Of a stretch of 64,000 bases of DNA, positions 55,272-64,000 are shown piece after piece (position 1 is the first letter of the stretch; the number at the start of each line of letters is the position of its first letter). The stretch is from Thecamonas trahens ATCC 50062. Lineage: Eukaryota > Protista > Apusomonadida. The notes beneath the pieces are model-generated. The model had not been told where the DNA came from, ran no database searches, and was given only the letters and a program-made list of their open reading frames with translations. The stretch spans positions 1 to 64,000 of the forward strand of contig NW_013657660.1 of assembly GCF_000142905.1 (NCBI RefSeq), in the 5' to 3' direction. The position numbers were made by a program, and so were the translations under genes.

Positions 55272-57465
55272 TTAAGAAAACAGCGGATCAGCGACCTCGG
55301 TGTCGAACAGGCCTGGCCCGTCGTCAAAGGCTGAGGCAAGCATGTCGTCAGCGGCGGTGGGCGCGACAGGCTCGGCGGCTGCTCCGCCCGCACCGGCGTC
55401 AAACAGTCCGCCGCCAGCATCGGGGAAGAGCGAGTCGTCCATAAAGTCGCCGCCAGCAGCAGCAGCACTGCTGCCTCCGGCGCCGGCCGATGCACCACTT
55501 CCGGCGGCGCCGGCGCCGTCAAACATCCACGCGTCCGAGCCGGCTGCCTTCGCACCGCCGCCCTTGGCCGACGACGCTCCGTCGCCTGAGACGGCGGCAG
55601 CCGAGACGGTTGTGCCAAACAGGTCGTCGCCTTTTTTGGACGACTTGCGCCGCCGCCGCTTCTTTCTCTTCTTGGATCCAGCATCCGACACAGCCCCTGC
55701 GTCGGTGGGGGCTGGTTCGGGGGCAGGCGCCGGGGCCGCCGCCGGTGCCGGTGCCGGTGCCGACGCTGATGCCGATGCCGACGCTGGTGCTGGTGACGGT
55801 GCCGGTGCCGGTGCCGCCTCCGGTGTCGGTGCCGGTGCCGCAGGCTCTACCTTCTGCTTGCGGGCCGGCCGCGCACGGGCCGACGCCAATGCGGCGGCAA
55901 CCGATGACTGCAGGTCGGCCGCCGGCGCTGCCGCGGGAGCTGCGGCAGGCGCTGCGGCAGGCGCTGCGGCAGGCGCCGCGGCCGGCGTCTCGGCTACGGC
56001 CGCGGCATTCGGGTTCTTCCGCCACGATGAAGCCTTCCACTTACCGGACGCCTGGGCGGCGTTGGCCTTGTCCCGCCACGAAGAGCCCTTGGTGAGCTTC
56101 GGCTTGGCCGACGGCTCCTCCTTGGGCACCAGGACCGGGTCGGGCGTCCACTTGGAGCCAGCAGGCGTCGACTTGACCACCGGCGCCTCGGCCTTCTTGT
56201 CGCCGATGGCGGCGGCGACCTTGGCCTCGCGGGCCTTGCGCTCCGCCTCCTCGCGCTCGGCCTGACGCGCCTTCTCCTCCTGCAGCCGCTGCTCCCACGG
56301 GCGGATCTTCTTGGGCGCCGGTGTGCCCGACGTCGCGCTCGCCGGCGAGCCTGGCGCAGCCTCCTCGGTCGCAGGTTCTGCGGTCGGCGTCCACTTTTTG
56401 AACGTTCGCTTCGGCGGCGGTGCAGCCTCGCGCTTGGCCCCGTCGTCGGCCCCGTGCATGGCCTCCCAGCGAGACCCGATCGAGACGCCGCCGCCGCGTG
56501 GCGGCTGGGCCGAAGCAGGCGCCGCAGCAGCAGGCACAGCAGCAGGCGCCGCGCCGGCTCCAGGCTCGACCCCATGCACATTGAGCGCATGCATCAGCTG
56601 CACAAACGTCACCCGCCCGGCCTCGTCCTCCTCCACCGCCTCGGCCACCGCCGCAATCTCGGCGTCGCTCAGGCCAAACTCGCATGCCGCCACAACGCCG
56701 GCCACGCGCTCGCCCGGAATCGCGCCCTCAAACTCGGTGTCGGCCTCGTCAAACTTGGCCTTGGCCGTCTTCTTCTGCTCAGTCGCCAGCGGCTCACGCG
56801 GCGGCTTGCTGGCGTCGGCCTCGCCCGACGGTGGTGACTCTCCGGAGCCGGCGCTCGAGCCCGAGCACGAGCCCGAGCCCGACGATGAGGACGACGACGA
56901 CTTGTTCTTCTTCTTGCCCTTCTTGACCTTCTTGCCCTTCTTGCCCTTCTTGGCCTTGCTCTTGGCCTTGCTCTTGGCCTTCTTGCCCTTGCCCTTGCTC
57001 TTCTTGGCCTGACGCGCGGCAGTGGCGGCGGCAGCCTTGGACGCGCGGGCCGGCGGCGGCGGCGGAAGGTCGTCGTCCGAGGCCATGAGACCGGTCTCCC
57101 CGCGGGCAAGCGCCCGCCGGCGGGCGGCAGACATACGCTCCTTCTTGCGCGCGAGGCGGCGGTTCGCTCGCTTGGTCTCCTCCGACTCGGACGACTCGGA
57201 ACCGTCACGAAGGGCCTTGGAGCGGGCGGCCTCGGTCTCGAGGAGCACCGCCTCGAGCGAGCGCTTGGCCGCAGCCCGCTGCTCGGCACGGTACGTCAGG
57301 TCCTGCGCAAGGTCCGAGTCGCCCGACGACGCCGACGACTTGCTCGCGCCAGACTCGCCGTCATCTGACCCGTCTGAGTTGAGGAGCATCGAAAGCTTGG
57401 CGAGCCGCGACGCGGTCTTGGCGCGCGCCACCTCCGAGTCGCCCGACGATGACGAGCCGCTGCGG

Positions 57466-57505
<40 letters not shown>

Positions 57506-59295
57506 TGGCCTTGACGCGACTTCCGCCGCGGCGTGACTTGCTGGCGCGGGCCGAGCGGATGCCGGCACGGTTTCGCCGCGGGACAGGCTCTGAGGCGACC
57601 GTGAGGTGCGAGACTGGCGCGGCGCGGGAGCGCGGCGCGGAAGCACCATCGCCGAGTAGACCCATGGCCGCGGCAAACGAGGCGCCCTCCACAGGCTGGG
57701 TGCCAGGTGCCGGGGCGACGGGCGCCGGTGCACTCGCGGCCTTGCCGTGCTTGTTGGGCAGGAGCGACTCGCGGAGCGAGGCGAGCGAGCCGAGGTAGTC
57801 GGACGGCGACGAGAGGCCAAGGCCAGCACCCGGGCCGAGGGTGACGGTGGTGGCGGCCGTGGCGGCGGGTGCAGAGCCCGCGGGCGCGGCCTTGGGCGGC
57901 GCCGGCGCCGCGAGCGACGACTCAAGGGCCGAGGCGCGGAGCGGAATGAGCTCGTGGTGTGGGTTAGACGCGTCGGGGTCCTCGCGGGCCGCCTGCTGCT
58001 TGAGGGCGTTGATAGCCATGATGACCGCACGCTTGTGGCCGGGCTTGGGAATGTTGAGCGCCTCGATGTCGTCGGCGGTGAGGGTGGGGAGGACCGGGAG
58101 GGTGTCAAAGCCGACAGCGGCAAAGTTGGGGAAGTAGTTCTCGATGCCGTGGTGAGCGAGCCAGGCCGAGACATCGGCGTGGTGGGTCTCGGAGCTCTTG
58201 GCCTCGGGGTTCACCGCGTGGGCAGCGCCGTTCTTGGTCTCGGATGCGGCGCGCATCTCCCCCTTGTACTCGTCGACAAGCTTGACAACGCGGCGGAAGA
58301 CTAGCTGCTCGAGCTGGGCCTCGAGCGTTGAGACCGAGTCCTCGATCTTTGCGTCCATCTCCTCGTGGACCGCAGCCGTCTGGGCGCCGAGGGTAGTGGA
58401 GAGCGAGACTGCAAGGCGGTCCTCCACTGACGACACCTCGAGGTCGTTAAACCAGGCCACAAAAGCGTCATGCTTCAGCCGCTGGCCAGCCGCCATCGAC
58501 TCGGCGCGCTTGACCGACGTCTCCAGCTCAGCGTGATCGCGGTTGAGCTCATCTAGGTTGTCAGCGAGTCCCTCGAGCTTGCTGGTCGTTGTCCGGTGGA
58601 GGTCTTGAAACTGCGTGTCGAGCTGGCCAAGCAGCGACTCGTTGGCATCGGTCACGTCCTGTAGTCGTACAACACCATGGTCATGCGAGATCGACACGTT
58701 TGTTGGCGAGGTGGCGGCAGCGCAGCGGTAGCCGTTACCAGAGACGAGCCAAACAGCCGAGCCAAATCAGTCCGACCAACACAGTCCGGGCCATGTATAC
58801 ACGACCACAACACCCATGTCCATACAGGGATTCCGTGTCCAAAACACGTTCCACGGCGAGATCGACATGGTTGTTGGCGAGGTGGCGGCAGTGCAAAAAA
58901 AGTGCGCACAGGCGCGACAGCGGCACGAGACAGCGAGGGCGAGGGCGAGAGAGAGAAAGGGGGAAGGGGAAGAGGTGAGTGAGCGGATTGGGAGAGGGGA
59001 GGAGGGGATGGGTATGTAGAAGGTATGGTGAATGAGTACGTACAGAGACATTCTTCAGAACAGACTTGTTCCAGTCAACGACGGCCTTGAGCTTGTCCTC
59101 CAGGTCCCGCTTCATGGAGACAATGCCCGGCTTGAGGGTGTTCTGGACCCACTCTACCAGTTTGGTATTCTTGGCACGCTCTTCATCCACAACCTGACGA
59201 AGTCGAACAATCTCTTCCTGAAGTGCTTGTTCATACTCAGTTCCCTTGGTTTGCTTCGCCCGTCGACGTGAACGCCGTGTGCTGCCCTCGGACAT
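55272..59295 (-). CDS. Coiled-coil + SAM + EF-hand-like low-complexity protein; join(59295..59044,58658..55272)
   Basis: Phase-0 GTACGT..CAG intron; SAM: VSAWLAHHGIENYFPNF..IPKPGHKRAVI; degenerate EF pair FDEADTEFEGAI / EEDEAGRVTFVQL. Confidence 0.78.
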
Positions 59296-59777
59296 CGCAC
59301 AAGCCAAGAGAGTCGCGTGGTCCGTCGCCCAACCGGTCCCCGCGTGACTCGCCCGTCCACCGACCGACCGCCCCACCGCCCCCCCTACCCCCCCCTCCGC
59401 CCGCCCCCCCTCTCCACCCCCTTCTCCACCCCCTCCTCCCAACAACAGCAACTGCCAACACGTTTACCGCTACCACATCAATCGTCACGTCACTGCCTCG
59501 TTCTTGTTGCATCGTCGATCCGCAACTGCTAGTCTGATCGCACTGCTACGGATCGTTCCAGTACAGCCGATGAGCAGCCGATGAGCAGCCAAAGCACAGA
59601 CACAAGCCCAAACACAAGCCCAAACACAAGCCCAAACACAAGCACAGTCCCGCTACCCAAAGCTCATCCATCGTCAGTCATTCCCGACCATAGCATCGGA
59701 AGACGCGCGGCGCACGAGCAAAGCAGCTGCGCCGATCAATCGTAATCACAATATGTTACCTGGGGGGGGGGGAGCCA

Positions 59778-60380
59778 TCACTGGCTAGCACGCGGCTTCT
59801 CCGGCTCCATGTACGGGATCCACGACCGGATGGTGGCGTCCATGGCCACTGTTACGGCAGTGTCGATGGGATGGATGATGAGTGGGATGGAGAGGAGGCC
59901 GCAGACCGTCGGCGCCCACCGCCACAGGCCGCCTGTCCGACCCATCCGCTTTGTCGCCCACCCGACACTTGCCACAATGCGATTGATGACCAGGCCCGGA
60001 ATGGCCACCGACGCTGCTCCCTGCCAAATCACCACGTCGGCCATCTGCGCCGTCGTCATCGCCGTCCGTTCCGTCTCGCTGCACTTGCCCTTCATCACCG
60101 CATGCTTGGCCGATCCCTTGGACACCGCCTCAGCAGCAATGTACAGCCCGGCTACACGCCCTTCACCATAAGTACCACCCCATTCGCCAAGTACCACCCC
60201 ATTCGCCCTCACCCCGACCATCTCCTCCCCCATCAGCCCCAGATCGTACGTACCCACCCCATAAGTAGTATTGACCAGAGACCGGGCAATGATAGGCCTC
60301 AGCGACTCGCCGAGCTCATTGGCGTAGCCGAGGAACCGCACAGGCGTATCCCGAAACAAATCCTTCTCCTCGCACGCCAT
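59778..60380 (-). CDS. MTFP1: Mitochondrial fission process protein 1 (MTP18); intron 60253..60152
   Basis: DLFRDTPVRFLGYANELGES, WQGAASVAIPGLVINR, IPLIIHPID. Confidence 0.93.
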   Translation of the reverse strand: MACEEKDLFRDTPVRFLGYANELGESLRPIIARSLVNTTYGVGTYDLGLMGEEMVGVRANGVVLGEWGGTYGEGRVAGLYIAAEAVSKGSAKHAVMKGKCSETERTAMTTAQMADVVIWQGAASVAIPGLVINRIVASVGWATKRMGRTGGLWRWAPTVCGLLSIPLIIHPIDTAVTVAMDATIRSWIPYMEPEKPRASQ

Positions 60381-60793
60381 CCACCTGCCCTAACTCTCGT
60401 TCCAGCGACGTGTGTTTCTCTTTCCCCCCCCCCCATCTTCACCCCCCCCCTACCTCCCTTGACAGCCCACACCGTTGTCGCCGGTGCCGCGCTCTCGATC
60501 CCGGTCCCGATCCGGATCCTGATCCCCCTCATCCCCTCCCCCCCCTGGCCAACCCCCTCAGCCCCATCCGATCACCGCTTCCCATCCCCTATCCCCGTCA
60601 CCCCCAACTCTGCTCCCCCCACCCACTCCCCCCGTTTCCCTCGACCTGATCCTGATCCTGATCCTGATCTTGATCCTAATCCCATCCCCCCCACCCGAAC
60701 CCCTTCCCCTCGCATCCGCATCGCCAACCTCCCCCCACCCCCTCCCACCCCTCCCCTCCATCAACCCCATCTCCACTCAATACCACCCCATCC

Positions 60794-61570
60794 NNNNNNN
60801 NNNNNNNNNNNNNNNNNNNNNNNNNNNNNNNNNNNNNNNNNNNNNNNNNNNNNNNNNNNNNNNNNNNNNNNNNNNNNNNNNNNNNNNNNNNNNNNNNNNN
60901 NNNNNNNNNNNNNNNNNNNNNNNNNNNNNNNNNNNNNNNNNNNNNNNNNNNNNNNNNNNNNNNNNNNNNNNNNNNNNNNNNNNNNNNNNNNNNNNNNNNN
61001 NNNNNNNNNNNNNNNNNNNNNNNNNNNNNNNNNNNNNNNNNNNNNNNNNNNNNNNNNNNNNNNNNNNNNNNNNNNNNNNNNNNNNNNNNNNNNNNNNNNN
61101 NNNNNNNNNNNNNNNNNNNNNNNNNNNNNNNNNNNNNNNNNNNNNNNNNNNNNNNNNNNNNNNNNNNNNNNNNNNNNNNNNNNNNNNNNNNNNNNNNNNN
61201 NNNNNNNNNNNNNNNNNNNNNNNNNNNNNNNNNNNNNNNNNNNNNNNNNNNNNNNNNNNNNNNNNNNNNNNNNNNNNNNNNNNNNNNNNNNNNNNNNNNN
61301 NNNNNNNNNNNNNNNNNNNNNNNNNNNNNNNNNNNNNNNNNNNNNNNNNNNNNNNNNNNNNNNNNNNNNNNNNNNNNNNNNNNNNNNNNNNNNNNNNNNN
61401 NNNNNNNNNNNNNNNNNNNNNNNNNNNNNNNNNNNNNNNNNNNNNNNNNNNNNNNNNNNNNNNNNNNNNNNNNNNNNNNNNNNNNNNNNNNNNNNNNNNN
61501 NNNNNNNNNNNNNNNNNNNNNNNNNNNNNNNNNNNNNNNNNNNNNNNNNNNNNNNNNNNNNNNNNNNNNN
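60794..61570. other. Assembly gap
   Basis: N run flanked by C-rich tracts. Confidence 0.99.
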
Positions 61571-61733
61571 CACTACACCCCACTCCCCCCCCCACCACGC
61601 ACACACACACACACATACCACCTCCCCCTCCCCCCGATCCATCCCCCAAACCCCCAACCCCCAACCCCCAACCCCCCGGCCCCTCCCGCCATCATCCCTC
61701 TCTAACCTCGGCACACTCCTCGCTGGCAGAGCC

Positions 61734-64000
61734 ATGAACACGGCCCACCGTGTACTCCCGCTGGACAAAGTGGAGAAGAATGCTCTGCGAGCAGCCGTAG
61801 TTGCTCCTCACATCGAGTCTTTCAACCACTTTATCAACACCGCCATCCCTGCCATGGTCAAGGATATTCAACCTGTACGTCATACCCTCCTCCCGTCTTG
61901 TACAGCCCCTCGTTGCACGACGCCTTGCTGGCCTGGCCGGATGCGGCTGGATGGCTCATTTGATCAGATCCAACCGCACGCCCTTTTCCCCTTCCTCCCC
62001 CCCTAGCATGAGCATGGCGCTACCTTCGGCATGCAGAGACTCACTGACATGTGTATATACTATGTCTCCAGATGTACGTGGAGGCCGAGTCGCCGGCGCA
62101 GCAGTCTGTTAAGCTCTGGATCTCTTCGTTCTCGGTGGGCAAGCCCGTCGAGTCGGCGTCGGGCGTGGCCAACCCCACCGCGCTCCTCCCCTCGGCCTGC
62201 CGTGAGCGGAACATGAGCTACTCAGCGCCGATGCATGTGCGGATTATGCGGTCGGTCGATGGTGGCCCACCCATGGAGACAGCCCACGAGGTCGGGCTCC
62301 TCCCCATCATGGTCCAGTCGGACAAGTGCCATCTCAAGGAGATGTCGCCGAAGGAGCTGGTGGCCGTCGGCGAGGAGGCCTCCGAGGCCGGTGGCTACTT
62401 TATCGTCAACGGACGTGAAAAGATCCTCCGCATGCTCATCATGCCGCGCCGGCACTACCCGACCGCCATCATCCGGCCGTCGTTTGCCAAGCGCGGGCCG
62501 CAGTACTCGCAGTACGCCGTTTCGCTCCGCTCGGTCCGGCCCGACTGCTCCTCGGTCACCAACAACGTGCACTACCTTAACAACGGACACGTCAACTTCC
62601 GCTTCCTCCTCCGCAAGCGCGAATACTTTGTGCCGGTCGCTGTCCTCCTCCGCGCCCTCATGCCCACCACCGACCGCGAGATGTTTGAGCGCCTCGCCCA
62701 GGGCAACTTTGACAACACCTACCTTGTCTCGCGCCTCGAGATCCTCCTCTGCCAGGGCCAGAAGTTTGCCCTCTACACGCAGGAACAGGCCCTGGCATTC
62801 CTCGGCTCGCGCTTCCGCCCCATGCTCTACCACCCGCGCGCCTGGACCGACGCCGAGGTTGGCCGCGCCCTCATCCGCGACTACGTCTTTATCCACCTTG
62901 GCGACGACCTCCGCGCCAAGTACGATCTCACCATCTCCATGGTCCAGAAGCTCTACGCCCTTGTCCAGGGCCACATCCAGCCGGACTCGTCCGACGCTGC
63001 CAACAACCAGGAGATCCTCGTCGTCGGCCACCTCTTTGGCGCCATGCTCCGCGAGCTCCTCGAGAAGCAGCTTGGCGTCATCAAGCTCGGCATCCTCCGC
63101 GCCTACCGCCGCGGCGACTCCACCACCGACGTCGAGAACGCCATCTGGTTCTCGCGCCTCATGGCGCGCTCCACCATGGACATTGGCAAGCGCTTTGCCT
63201 ACCTCATGGCCACTGGCAACCTCAAGTCCGACTCGGGCCTCAACATGGGTCAGGTTGTCGGCTACACCATCATGGCTGAGAAGCTCAACGTGCTTCGCTT
63301 CCTCGCCCACTTCCGCTGCGTCCACCGTGGTGCCTTTTTCTCCGAGATGAAGACCACCTCAGTCCGTAAGCTTCTCCCCGAGAACTACGGCTTCCTCTGC
63401 CCTGTCCACACTCCTGATGGTGCTCCGTGTGGTCTCCTCAACCACCTGGCCGCCAAGGCCCGCGTCGTCTCCACCGAGCCGCCGCCGGCCCGCCTCCTCC
63501 CGGTCCTCGCCAGCCTCGGCGTCCGCATGGTCACCGACCCGGGCGTTGCCCCGCTCGACCACGTCCCGGTCTTCCTCGAGGGCCGCATCGTGGGCTCGGT
63601 CGCCGTTGAACACGCCGCCATCGTCGCCGACCAGCTCCGCCACTTTAAGGTCCATGGCAAGTTCCACGTTCCGGCCACTCTCGAGATTGCGTACGTCGCC
63701 TCGGAGCTCCCGGTCCACCTCGTCCGGAGCAAGGCCGCCCAGGCGCCGGCTCTGCCCGCCGCGCACGGCTCCTCGTCATCCGAGTCGGACGACGACGCCG
63801 CCGCGCCGCCGGCCGGCAAGGACGCCGCCCGCAACGTCACCCTCCCGCCCGGCCAGTTCCCGGGCATCTACCTCTTCTCCGGGCCCGGTCGCCTCATGCG
63901 CCCGGTGACCAACCTCCGCGAGGGCAAGCAGGAGCTCATCGGCTCGTTTGAGCAGCTCTACCTCCACGTCGCCTGCCTCCCCGACGACATCCTTCCGGGC
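61734..64000 (+). CDS. POLR1B: RNA polymerase I second-largest subunit, runs off the window; join(61734..61874,62072..>64000)
   Basis: PHIESFN, PSACRER..SY, GGYFIVNGREK, AEKLN.LRFLAHFRCVHRGAFF, TTSVRKLLPE, CPVHTPDGAPCGLLNHL, FPGIYLF. Confidence 0.95.

Noticed and set aside
59871-62006. ORFs spanning N gaps (also at 14964, 44544, 48193-49743 and 52115-52605)
   Set aside because: Artefacts of translating through Ns

Overview
Left end of a chromosome from a GC-rich, gene-dense, intron-poor unicellular eukaryote. The style resembles an apusomonad such as Thecamonas, but this is inference only. The window opens with (CCCTAA)n telomere repeats and about 2.3 kb of low-complexity subtelomere. An accessory block follows: a Schlafen/AlbA_2-nuclease + STAND-NTPase + helical-repeat (SAMD9/Avs-like) gene, a 5'-truncated Ty3/Gypsy pol whose RT core is deleted in frame, a secreted helical protein and an FAD oxidase. 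The rest is mostly housekeeping genes: TMEM107, SLC33A1, STN1, nicastrin, AP-2 alpha, EPG5, RSM22/METTL17, kinesin-3, an SLC25 carrier, uridine phosphorylase, Notchless, a TPT-family transporter, a DHHC palmitoyltransferase, MTFP1 and RPA2. Interspersed oddities are a standalone, apparently mitochondrion-targeted group II intron maturase domain-X protein, a SAM-pseudoCHAT-J-domain fusion, an FHA-kinase-F-box fusion, a pseudo-DPP III, a start codon split by an intron that has an internal AG|GT site, and a recurrent GAGTCACGTG promoter motif. There are five N gaps and several single-base frameshifts in homopolymer runs, probably sequencing errors. All family assignments come from motif recognition by eye; no database search was run.
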